The notes under the pieces were generated by a model. It saw only the letters and a program-made list of their open reading frames with translations, searched no databases and had not been told where the DNA came from. From assembly GCA_963808235.1 (NCBI GenBank), contig CAWEEQ010000004.1, positions 2,240,001-2,304,000 of the forward strand: a stretch of DNA of 64,000 bases. Direction: 5' to 3'. Shown piece after piece: positions 38,594-47,425 of this stretch. How positions within the stretch are numbered: position 1 is the stretch's first letter; each line of letters begins with the position of its first letter. The stretch is from an uncultured delta proteobacterium (GTDB lineage: Bacteria; Desulfobacterota; Binatia; Binatales; Binataceae). Position numbers and translations under genes: made by a program.

Positions 38594-38950
38594 ATGATCA
38601 AGACAGAGATTATCTCCCCCAACGCGCTGAAGATCGTGGTGCCGGATAAATTGAAGGCGGACGATTTCCGCCAAATTGCGCCGCAAATCGATCCTCTCAT
38701 CAGTCAGCATGGCAAAATCAGATTGCTGATCGATGCTTCCGGTTTCAACGGGTGGGAGAATATCGCGGCTTTCGAAAAGCATGCCGGCTTCGTGAAAAAC
38801 CACCAACAGAAGATAGAGCGCATCGCGGTCATTGCCGCTCATGAGTGGCAGCATTGGCTGATTGGCGCAATCCGGATCTTCGTCCATCCGGAGGTAAGAG
38901 CCTACGATCAGAGCCACGCAAGCGAGGCGCTGCGCTGGATCGTCGGATAA
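38594..38950 (+). CDS. SpoIIAA-like (STAS/SEC14) domain protein
   Basis: AAGGAGG RBS; GKIRLLIDASGFNGW..IERIAVI..EALRWI. Confidence 0.85.
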   Translation: MIKTEIISPNALKIVVPDKLKADDFRQIAPQIDPLISQHGKIRLLIDASGFNGWENIAAFEKHAGFVKNHQQKIERIAVIAAHEWQHWLIGAIRIFVHPEVRAYDQSHASEALRWIVG

Positions 38951-39109
38951 GCACGAGACGTCTGAAGACGGGTGGAACGACAGTGGTTTCCGCCAGCGGA
39001 GGTGGACTATTGGGGAGCTTCGTCGCAAATAACACAGCGCGGCGGCGCGGCTATTAGCCGCCGAAGATGTCGCGCAAGAGGTAAGACGCCTCAACTTATC
39101 GAGTTGGTG

Positions 39110-39622
39110 AACGTGACATACGGAAAACTTCGGCAGAGCGAGCGGTGGCCCGGCTCTTCGGCGGCATCCGGCCCGTTCACCCGTGCTGGCGCGGTGCGCG
39201 ACGCGCTGGCTGGCATCACTCTCGCTGCGATGAATGTGCCGCAGGCGCTCGGCTACGCGCGAATCGCTGGCATGCCGGTCGTCAGCGGGCTCTACACTCT
39301 ACTGCTACTGCTGGTAGCCTTCGCAGCGCTCGGCTCTTCGCGTTACTTGGTGGTGGCGACGGATTCAGCCACGGCCGCCATCCTCGCGGGCAGACTGTCA
39401 CAGCTCGCGCCTATCGCCAGCGCTCATTATGTAGCGCTGGCTGGGTTGGTAGCACTGTTGACGGCCGGATGCTTGCTGCTGGCGCGGTTGTTCAAACTCG
39501 GCTTCCTGGCTGATTTCCTTTCGCAGACGCTGCTGGTGGGCTTTCCTACCGGTGTCGGCTTCCAAGTCGGCATTGCGATGCTTGGCGAGATGCTGGGCCT
39601 GCAGCATTCTGTTGAGAAGTGA
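39110..39622 (+). pseudogene. truncated SulP (SLC26) anion transporter
   Basis: RDALAGITLAAMNVPQALGYA..GLY, DFLSQTLLVGF; stops after ~170 aa. Confidence 0.75.
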
Positions 39623-39652
39623 CGTATTCTGCGGGTCGTTACAGCGGAACGC

Positions 39653-40304
39653 GTGCTGACCGTCGATCAGACCCGAGCGTTTTACGATCGCATGGGGGCG
39701 TGGCAGGACTGGCAGCGGTTTTACGAAGATCCTCCGCTCCAGAGGCTGCTTCAGGCGGCTAAGTTTCAGGCCGCTCACTCCACCATAGAGTTTGGATGCG
39801 GTACCGTTCGATTCGCGCTACAGATATTGTCCGAAATCACGCCGGCGAATTGCCGCTACCTAGGAGTCGATCTCAGCTCGACGATGGCAGCACTCGCCCC
39901 GAGCGCGCCTTTGCAGCTATTTCGACCGAGCCGAAGTGCGCCTGTCCGATGGAAAGGTAACTGTCGGCGAGCCGGATGGTCGCTTCGATCGTTACGTTTC
40001 GAATTACATGCTTGATCTACTCAGCCGCGAATCTACCGGGCAACTGCTGTCCGAAGCGCATCACCTTCTCAAACCCGGCGGATTGCTATGCCTGGTCAGT
40101 CTCACCTAAGGGAGTTCAGCGTTTCAGAAGGCGGTCTCCGGCGTTTGAAGCCGCATTCACGCCGCCCGGCCGGCGCTGGTTGGCGGATGCCGACCGGTAG
40201 AATTGCTGGATTTCGTCTCGTCACCGGACTGGCGAGTCGAGTTCCGCGACGTAGTTTCCTCCTTCGGCCTGAGTTCCGAGGTGCTGGTGGCTGCGCGCGT
40301 CTAA
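39653..40304 (+). pseudogene. frameshifted class I SAM methyltransferase
   Basis: IEFGCGT, YLGVDLS, then in other frames FDRYVSNYMLDLL..LKPGGLLCLVSLT*..VGGCRP with internal stops. Confidence 0.7.
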
Positions 40305-40371
40305 TCGCGACTCAACCGCTGCTGATCGTCGATGGCAGTTCAGCCGGGTAAAGCTAGCCACGCCAAAATAG

Positions 40372-40459
40372 TGGTGCCGGGGGCGGGACTCGAACCCGCA
40401 CGGAGTCTTCACTCCAGAGGATTTTAAGTCCTCTGCGTCTGCCATTTCGCCACCCCGGC
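40372..40459 (-). tRNA. tRNA-Leu (anticodon UAA), CCA encoded
   Basis: GCCGGGG/CCCCGGC acceptor stem, GAGGA-CTTAAAA-TCCTC anticodon arm, long variable arm, GGTTCGAGTCC T-loop, ACCA. Confidence 0.97.
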
Positions 40460-40616
40460 TCGAACGCTCGCTAGATCTTTAAATCACAAAGGCGCCAGCG
40501 CGCGAAGATGGCTCACATCGGAGGACCGGCGATGGGTTTGCCGATTTCTCATTCTGTCCCGGCGTCGGCGGTTATATGATTGCCTTGCTTCATCGGAATA
40601 CCGGAGGCGAATCTTT

Positions 40617-41111
40617 TTGCTGCGAAGACGATTACTCCTGGTGCTCCTCACGACGCTGGTCGCGGGCTGCTCGGTATATCGCGATTACGAAGCCTCGAAA
40701 CCCGAAGCCATTCGACAAACGGAGGCGAAGCTCTCCGACGCGGGCTTTCACACGGTTCGGATAGATACCTCCGAACAAGTCGGGCTCGCCGCAAATCTGC
40801 CGCCGTATGAACTTCGCACCTATGCGGCGAGCTCCGGGGCCGTCTTTTGGTACTATGATCCGAAAGTCTGCACATGCGTTTACGAAGGGCATCAAGGCGA
40901 CTTCGACCGCTACCAGATGGCGCTCCGGCAGGAGAGCGACACGACCGAGTACGCGGCCGAATCGGAGCAGGAAGAAGTCGCATCATTGAACGCCTTGAAC
41001 GGAGGGTTCTTTCCTCCGCCAATCTTAATCGGCGGATTTGTCGGCGGACATTTTGTCGGTGGCGGCCATGGTAATGGACATGGCTTTGGCCATGGGCACG
41101 GTCACCGCTAG
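40617..41111 (+). CDS. putative lipoprotein with Gly/His-rich tail
   Basis: RRR + hydrophobic stretch + VAGC lipobox; C-terminal GHGNGHGFGHGHGHR. Confidence 0.7.
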   Translation: MLRRRLLLVLLTTLVAGCSVYRDYEASKPEAIRQTEAKLSDAGFHTVRIDTSEQVGLAANLPPYELRTYAASSGAVFWYYDPKVCTCVYEGHQGDFDRYQMALRQESDTTEYAAESEQEEVASLNALNGGFFPPPILIGGFVGGHFVGGGHGNGHGFGHGHGHR

Positions 41112-41225
41112 TGGCCGGCGATTGTGCTGATTGAAACCTACGAGCACTTCGCCACGTCTATAGTCGCGGGGCTGGCGGAGATACACTAATTTTGCGTCAT
41201 TATCCTTGAATATGAGCTGACGTCG

Positions 41226-41969
41226 GTGCGAAACATGAAATATCCAGGGGCAAAAGATCTCGCCAAAGACGTCGATCGCCGCGTTGCGAGCCGGTTCCGA
41301 GTCGCCGCGATTGCGACCGCGGTTGCAATTTCGGGATGCGCCGTCGCACCGGCGCCGATCGCGCATACGCCTAACGTGGTCGCGACTCCGCAACAAGGCC
41401 AACTGGCCGTCAGTGTCGCCGCCGCGCCTACCGTCGGCGAGGTCACTCCGGTCTATGTATCGGTCGCCAACGGCTCCGATGCGCCACGTTCGGTCGTGCC
41501 AAGCCAGGTGTTTGCACTCAACGACGCCGGGGAGCGGGTCGCACCTCTTCCACCGGGTGAAGCGGCCCGCCAGGCCGGCAGCGCCAACGAGCTGCGCGGA
41601 GCGATACAAAGTGCCGCGGTGAGCGGGGTCGGAGGCGCCGCAGTGGGCGCGGCCGCGGGGGCCGTCGCAGGAGCTGCGGGCAGAGCAGGCAATTGGGGCT
41701 TCGGATCTCCGGGCGCCGGGGCCTTGGTCGGTACCGCATTCGGAGGTGGATGGGGCATTTTCAGCGGCGCCGAAAAAGGCCAATCGAAAGCCGACCAGCA
41801 GGCCAATCAGCAGCTTGAGTCGCTCGCGCTCAAGCCTGAAGAAGTCCGGAAGAACTTTACCGTGAGCGGTTACGTATTCTTCCCCAAGGGGCAGTATAAC
41901 CAGGTCGAGATGCTGCTGGTCGATCGCGAGACCGGCGACACCGAGATCGTCCGCGAGCCGTGGCGTTGA
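41226..41969 (+). CDS. putative lipoprotein with glycine-zipper region
   Basis: ISGC lipobox; GAAVGAAAGAVAG glycine zipper. Confidence 0.7.
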   Translation: MRNMKYPGAKDLAKDVDRRVASRFRVAAIATAVAISGCAVAPAPIAHTPNVVATPQQGQLAVSVAAAPTVGEVTPVYVSVANGSDAPRSVVPSQVFALNDAGERVAPLPPGEAARQAGSANELRGAIQSAAVSGVGGAAVGAAAGAVAGAAGRAGNWGFGSPGAGALVGTAFGGGWGIFSGAEKGQSKADQQANQQLESLALKPEEVRKNFTVSGYVFFPKGQYNQVEMLLVDRETGDTEIVREPWR

Positions 41970-41987
41970 GAGAAGTCGCGAGCTTGG

Positions 41988-43034
41988 CTAAAGCAGCGAC
42001 GAGATAATAACGATCGCGCCCTGCCCCTTGCCCTTCTCGGCTGGATCGCAAATCACCGCCTTGCTGCCGATGAACTTCATATCGGTCGGATCCATGAGGC
42101 CCGCGGCGAACGGACGGGCGATTCCTTTTTCGACCCGATAAACCGTGCCGTCGCGTTCGTTGTTATTCTCGGAAGCGAATTTGCCGGTGTCCGCGATCAT
42201 CAACTCGTCACCATATGAGCCGAAGCTCGTCGGCGACCACCCGAACCCCGAGGGCCGGATAAATCCGACCAGGTAAACGTCGTCCTTCATCTTGCCGTCG
42301 GCGCCAACCATGCTGATGCGGCCTACCTTCGACGCTCCGCCCATTTTCGCGCGCATCCCGACCAGCATCAGGTTTGCCGCCTTCGAATCGGAAGCGGGGG
42401 CAAATTTTATCGTGGTCAGCTCGAACGGGACCGGTTTGTTGTAGGTGCCAAATGCGCTCGCTTTGCCCGACGAATCGATCGAGTAGATTGTCGCGTTGGC
42501 GCTGGTCGCCGCGTAGAGCTTGCCTGCGAAGGGAGTCCCGGCAGGACCGAATTCCAGATCGCGGCACCCGGTCGCGTCGGCGTCGGGCAGTTTTGCAAAG
42601 GTGCTGACAGCGCCCGACTTGTCGATTCGTTCGACCTCGCATGGCGCCTTGATATCTCCTGCCGCGGCGAGCACGAAGACATTGTCGGCGTAGGATCCGA
42701 ATCCCGCCGGAGCAATCGCGACTCCCGCGGGATTTTTGATCTTCGCCTTGCCCGCCAGTTCCGTCACCTTGCCACCGAAGGTGACCGAGTAGACGCCGCC
42801 GGCCTGGTCCGACACCAGAATCGCGCCATGGTTATCCTGCAGGAAGTAAGGCGCGACGAGACCGGGCGCCTTGAGCGCTTTGATCTCGAATGGGACTTCC
42901 ACGTCGAGACCCGCACCTGCCGCCCGCGCGATCGAGTTGGTCATGCTCGGGAGCGCCGCAACAATCAGGGCCGCGAGACTGAACGCGGCGGCGAGAACTG
43001 AAAAATTACTTTTTCTTTTCGAGAAGTTCATCAA
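41988..43034 (-). CDS. secreted beta-propeller (NHL-like) protein
   Basis: signal peptide; repeated NPAGVA / RPSGFG / DPTDM blade motifs. Confidence 0.65.
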   Translation of the reverse strand: MMNFSKRKSNFSVLAAAFSLAALIVAALPSMTNSIARAAGAGLDVEVPFEIKALKAPGLVAPYFLQDNHGAILVSDQAGGVYSVTFGGKVTELAGKAKIKNPAGVAIAPAGFGSYADNVFVLAAAGDIKAPCEVERIDKSGAVSTFAKLPDADATGCRDLEFGPAGTPFAGKLYAATSANATIYSIDSSGKASAFGTYNKPVPFELTTIKFAPASDSKAANLMLVGMRAKMGGASKVGRISMVGADGKMKDDVYLVGFIRPSGFGWSPTSFGSYGDELMIADTGKFASENNNERDGTVYRVEKGIARPFAAGLMDPTDMKFIGSKAVICDPAEKGKGQGAIVIISSLL

Positions 43035-43221
43035 GTGCCTCGTTGACTAAGTATTTTTCGTTGGGATCCCGATCGTCGAGTTCGGACTTGCGCCGTGAAA
43101 CCCATTCCGCGAGTCCGATCGTCGCGGCTTCCGCGGGATTCGAAACCCCCATCGCTTGCGCGACTCGCATGAGCTGTTCGAAGAGTTCTTCGGGGAGATC
43201 GATCTCAATATGCTTACTCAT
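43006..43221 (-). CDS. small ribbon-helix-helix-like protein
   Basis: IEIDLPEELFEQL beta-alpha pattern; 29-nt overlap with the downstream gene. Confidence 0.45.
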   Translation of the reverse strand: MSKHIEIDLPEELFEQLMRVAQAMGVSNPAEAATIGLAEWVSRRKSELDDRDPNEKYLVNEALDELLEKKK

Positions 43222-43293
43222 ACGCTTGCTCAGTTCGGTTTTCCGGCGAATGTTCGCCCTTCCATATAGTCTTAGCCCGATGCGCCCGTCAAA

Positions 43294-45291
43294 ATGAATT
43301 CTGACGTGTCATCGCCAACCAAATACACCGGCACAATTGTCGAATATCTCGATCAGGGGCGGCTGAAAGCGGCGCTGGTCACGCGCGAGCAGGAACATCA
43401 TCTCGCGGTGATGGATTCCACCGGGCACGAGCGGATGGTTCCGCGCGATCTGGTCCTTATGCGACATCCGGATCGACACGCCGATCGCGAGACCGTGGCG
43501 GCGGCGCTGGCGGAGTTGGATCGCGAACGCACCGCGCTCAGCGCGGAACTGGATCTCGAACTGCTATGGGAGGTTGCCCAGGAGCAGAACCGCAGCTTCT
43601 CCGCCGCCGAGCTGGCCGAGCTGTTTTTCGGCCGGCGCTCCAATGCCGCCGCGTCGGTGATGCTCGAAGCGCTGCTCGGCGATCGGATTTACTTTGTCCG
43701 CCGGCACATGGATTTCGTCGCGCGCACGCCCGAACAGGTCGAGCGGCTCCGGATGCAGAACGATCGGATTCGTGCGCGGAGCGACGACTATCGAAAGATC
43801 CAGAAGCAGATGCGCGATGTCGTCAACGGGGCCGACGCTCCTTCGGCCGACGACGCCGCTGCGCTCGTCGATCAGCTATCGAGCTATCTGAAAAATCCGT
43901 TCACGCGGAGCCGCGAGCTAACGCAGATGCTCACGCAGGCGGCGCCCGAAGTCGATCCACCTGAAGCCGCGTACGAAATTCTGGAGCGGCTGGGAGCGCG
44001 TCCGCGGGTGCCGCGTTTCGCTTTTATCGCGGGCCTGAAAGACGAATTCAGCGAAGCGGTGATGCGCGAAGCTCTAATGAACGACACGGCCGATGCGACG
44101 CCGGGTCCGCACGCGCTCAGCGACGGCGGTTTTGCGATTACGATCGACGACGACGACACGCTCGAGGTGGACGACGCACTCAGTTGCGAGGCTCTCTCTG
44201 ACGGCGGAACGCGCGTGCGAGTACATATAGCGCTGGTCGCCGATTTCGTCAAAAAGGGCGGCGCGATGGACCTCGAGGCGGCCGCGCGCGCGACCACGGT
44301 CTATCTGCCGGAAGCCACCATCAGGATGCTCCCCGACCCGATTTCATGTGGCGCCGCGAGTCTCGTCGCGGGTGCGGAGCGGCCGGTGCTGACCACCGAC
44401 GTGAGATTGTCCGCCGACGGCGAGCTGATCGAGGCGACGATCTATCCATCGCGAATTCCGATCATGCAGCGGCTCGACTACGAGCAGGTAGATCGGATGC
44501 TCGACTCGGGAGCTTCCATCGACGAGGCCGCCGCGACCGTCGCAAGATTGGATTCAGCGGCGCGGATGCTCCGCGAACGGAGACGAACCGCGGGCGCAGT
44601 GCTGATCCAGCGTCGCGAAGCGAAAGTCCGCGTGCACGATGATGATATCGAAGTTACGGTGCTCGACAATTCGTCGCCCGGGCGGACCCTGGTCGCGGAA
44701 TTCATGGTGCTCAGCAACTTCGTCGCGGCTCGGTACGCGGCGACCAACCGAATTCCGATTATCTATCGCGTTCAGCCGCAGGTCGCCGGAGATTTTGCGT
44801 CTCAGCGCCCGCGACTCTCTCTATATCCCGAGTATCACGCGGGAATCGGCGTGGATTTCTACGCACAGCTCAGCTCGCCGATCCGCCGCTACGCCGATCT
44901 GGTTCTGCAGCGCCAATTGCTCGGCGCGCTTTCCGACCACGCGGCGCCGGTCTACAGCGTCGATGAGCTTCTCGAAGTTCTGGCCGGAGCCGAGAACGCG
45001 GAGGCCTCGGGCCGCGAGCTCGAGCGGCGCGCCAAGCGCTACTGGATTCTCCGCTACCTCGAGCGGCACGCGATGGACAGTCCGATCCTTGCTTACGCCG
45101 TGCGCGACGGGCAAAGCGCGGAACTGGCGGACTTCGCGGTGCGCGGTACGTTGCATGGCGCGCCCAATCTCCCGACCCAGATGCCGATCATGGTGCAGGT
45201 GAGTCGCGTGGATCCGTTGCGCGGATGGCTTGGGTTCGATTTTGTTCGCGTGGCCGACGAACCTTCCGCCGGGACGATCAGAAGTGTCTGA
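43294..45291 (+). CDS. RNB-domain exoribonuclease (RNase II/R family)
   Basis: TIDDDDTLEVDDA, RATTVYLP, VAEFM, YAQLSSPIRRYADL. Confidence 0.92.
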   Translation: MNSDVSSPTKYTGTIVEYLDQGRLKAALVTREQEHHLAVMDSTGHERMVPRDLVLMRHPDRHADRETVAAALAELDRERTALSAELDLELLWEVAQEQNRSFSAAELAELFFGRRSNAAASVMLEALLGDRIYFVRRHMDFVARTPEQVERLRMQNDRIRARSDDYRKIQKQMRDVVNGADAPSADDAAALVDQLSSYLKNPFTRSRELTQMLTQAAPEVDPPEAAYEILERLGARPRVPRFAFIAGLKDEFSEAVMREALMNDTADATPGPHALSDGGFAITIDDDDTLEVDDALSCEALSDGGTRVRVHIALVADFVKKGGAMDLEAAARATTVYLPEATIRMLPDPISCGAASLVAGAERPVLTTDVRLSADGELIEATIYPSRIPIMQRLDYEQVDRMLDSGASIDEAAATVARLDSAARMLRERRRTAGAVLIQRREAKVRVHDDDIEVTVLDNSSPGRTLVAEFMVLSNFVAARYAATNRIPIIYRVQPQVAGDFASQRPRLSLYPEYHAGIGVDFYAQLSSPIRRYADLVLQRQLLGALSDHAAPVYSVDELLEVLAGAENAEASGRELERRAKRYWILRYLERHAMDSPILAYAVRDGQSAELADFAVRGTLHGAPNLPTQMPIMVQVSRVDPLRGWLGFDFVRVADEPSAGTIRSV

Positions 45292-45329
45292 GTTGCGCAG
45301 CCGTCGATGGTCTAGACGTTCGTTTGCGG

Positions 45330-45536
45330 TTAGACGGTTGGGCGATTGTGCAGATCTATGAATCTCGTTCTCGTTGACAGCGACAAGACTTGAGCGCGAT
45401 GGACCTCGGGGCTGCTCACATGGGTTGGTCGGATATTCGCGGTGTGAGCTGCGGCCGCGCGGGCGCGTGCACCGAGTGTCGATTGGATCGCCAGCGACAA
45501 GCCCACAATGAGTCCTGCAATGATAGTCAAGCGCAT
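45330..45536 (-). CDS. small protein with signal-peptide-like N-terminus
   Basis: AAGGA RBS; MRLTIIAGLIVGLSLAIQ...ARA. Confidence 0.4.
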   Translation of the reverse strand: MRLTIIAGLIVGLSLAIQSTLGARARAAAAHTANIRPTHVSSPEVHRAQVLSLSTRTRFIDLHNRPTV

Positions 45537-45604
45537 CGAGGTTTTCCTTTTGCTTTCAATAGAGTACCGGCGCGTTTCATCGCTTCAGTGTTATTGAGGC
45601 GTGA

Positions 45605-45765
45605 GAAAAGGCCGCACAAAGAGCGACCGGAGTCCGAGACAGCGCCACGCCGGGCGCCCTTTCGGGCGCCCCTCGAGCGTGACTCCCCTCTTTCCCCCAA
45701 CCCCGCAGGCGGCCAGGCCGTCTGAACCGACCTTGATGGTTGTCTCTTTAGCACCCCACCCCGAG
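45605..45765 (-). ncRNA. candidate structured RNA (unassigned family)
   Basis: nested stems AAAGAG/CUCUUU, AGACGGC/GCUGUCU, CACGC/GCGUG, GGGCGCCC-GAAA-GGGCGCCC; ends in CCUUUU. Confidence 0.4.
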
Positions 45766-45816
45766 TTACATCGGTTTGAATGTCTCTGTTCTTGTTCCGC
45801 GGTGCGCCGCCGTCGG

Positions 45817-46011
45817 CTACAGCGGTTTGAACGTGTCCTGCTCCAGACGCCAGCGATCGATTGATTCAATGTTGAAACGCCAGTCACTGCCGACTTTGAA
45901 GGCCGGGAGCCGTCCGCGCTTGAGCTGCCTGTAGATGGTGCTTGGATGAACCTTGAGGTAGTCGGAAAGTTCCTTGACCGTCAAAACGTGGCTGCTGTCG
46001 TTTGTAAGCAT
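45817..46011 (-). CDS. HTH_17 / excisionase-family (BldC-like) DNA-binding protein
   Basis: LTVKELSDYLKVHPSTIYRQLKRGRLPAFKVGSDWRF; AAGGGG RBS. Confidence 0.9.
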   Translation of the reverse strand: MLTNDSSHVLTVKELSDYLKVHPSTIYRQLKRGRLPAFKVGSDWRFNIESIDRWRLEQDTFKPL

Positions 46012-46136
46012 CGCTTGAGTCCCCTTTGTGGTTCCGATTCTCTTTGCCGATTGTCTCGCAGATTTTCCTGCTGATTCTCTTGCATCGCCCGACCCTTGGT
46101 CCCGTGACGGTCGCAGCGACTATTGAGAGCCCTTAA

Positions 46137-46152
46137 CGCAAGCTGCGTGCCG
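46137..46152 (-). promoter_or_regulatory. sigma54 promoter of the HTH_17 gene
   Basis: minus strand cGGCACG-CAGC-TTGCg, near-consensus -24/-12. Confidence 0.75.
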
Positions 46153-46418
46153 AAGCGTCACGGGCGAAAATATCACGCAATTAAAGCGGCTTGCGGGCGC
46201 GATTGACCGCCGCTAGCGATAGGATTTTGGCGGATTAGACCGAAAATTGGCGTCGCAAGTCTAAGCGACAGCGACGCTAAACAGGCGCGTCGTCGCGCAC
46301 GCACTCTCAATCTGAGACTCGGCGAACCCCTTGATGCTCTGAATTGACTGCCAGTTCACCCGCGGTTCAGGCTTTGCCGGATGGCCTGCTATTGTTGGCC
46401 AATCCAACCCTCGGCAAT

Positions 46419-47261
46419 CTATACTTGGCCAATCAGCTCGCGGCCGGTTTCGCGCACCTGATCGACGATTGCCGCTTCGTCGACGCCGCGATTCAGCAGG
46501 ATCAGTCGGCTCACGCCCAAATCAGCGAATTGCTTCGCCGTCGAACGATCGATCTTGACCCGCGGTGTCACGCTGATTTCGAGGTCTTCAAATTTCCGCC
46601 CCGCGCTCTTGCATGCAGCCCGCAATCCCTCGATGCACTTCGCAGTCGCGTTCAGGTCGAGCGCAAACCCGTACCATCCTTTGGCCAGCCGCGCGGCCCG
46701 GCTGAACGCCTCGGCCGAGTGGCCGCCGAAGACAATTTCGGGATGCGGCTGCTGAATCGGCCGGGGCATCGCATTGACGCCCTTGAACTTGACCCATTTG
46801 CCGGCGAACTCAGGTTTGGGCATCGACCACAAAGCGATCATCGCCGCCAGGTATTCTTCGGCCCGCGCGCCCTTGTGATCGAACGGGGCTCCGATCGCGT
46901 CGAACTCGGGCTTCAGATATCCGACGCCGATTCCGAAAATCAGCCGGCCATTCGAGAGGACGTCGGTCGAGGCCAGTTCCTTTGCGAGCACGACCGGATT
47001 TCGCTGCGGCAGTATGATGATGCCGGTGCCGAGGCGAATCTTGGCGGTATGCGCAGCGACGAATGCCAGCGACACATTCGGATCGATCATGGGGTAGTCG
47101 GCCGCCACCGGCGAAGGCGGCGCTTGCGGGTCGGGCAGTATCACGTGCTCGCCGGTCCACAGGCTTTCGAAGCCGGCGTCTTCCGCGGCCTTGGCGACTG
47201 CGGCGGCGCATTTGGGAAACGCGCAGGGTCCGTTGTTGATTCCGAATAATCCGAATTTCAT
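46419..47261 (-). CDS. LLM-class (probably F420-dependent) oxidoreductase
   Basis: GFESLWTGEHV, IRLGTGI, SNGRLIFGIGVG, PRPIQQPHP..GG. Confidence 0.9.
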   Translation of the reverse strand: MKFGLFGINNGPCAFPKCAAAVAKAAEDAGFESLWTGEHVILPDPQAPPSPVAADYPMIDPNVSLAFVAAHTAKIRLGTGIIILPQRNPVVLAKELASTDVLSNGRLIFGIGVGYLKPEFDAIGAPFDHKGARAEEYLAAMIALWSMPKPEFAGKWVKFKGVNAMPRPIQQPHPEIVFGGHSAEAFSRAARLAKGWYGFALDLNATAKCIEGLRAACKSAGRKFEDLEISVTPRVKIDRSTAKQFADLGVSRLILLNRGVDEAAIVDQVRETGRELIGQV

Positions 47262-47425
47262 GAGCGACTCATTACCACGAAGCCGCGCGCCCCGGCCAGT
47301 TCATGCTTGTGCGCTATTTTGATTTTGTTTCGGCACGATCAATTGACCAGACGCGCCGCGCTTCATCATAATCCGAATCGCAGGGCGCAGGTGCCCGCGG
47401 CGGCGGAAGAGGTAGCGGCGGCGCG

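Larger units (their letters stand above)
23991..40371. mobile_element. tRNA-Leu-integrated genomic island A (oxygenase + xfp/ackA/H+-ATPase cargo), no integrase seen
   Basis: lies between the intact tRNA 3' end and displaced copy 23935-23990; several pseudogenes and AT-richer intergenic stretches. Confidence 0.7.

Noticed and set aside
40221-40445. 74-aa minus-strand ORF
   Set aside because: Reads through the tRNA-Leu gene; spurious
45817-46011. HTH_17 gene as evidence of a prophage
   Set aside because: No integrase, phage genes or att sites around it; flanked by housekeeping genes
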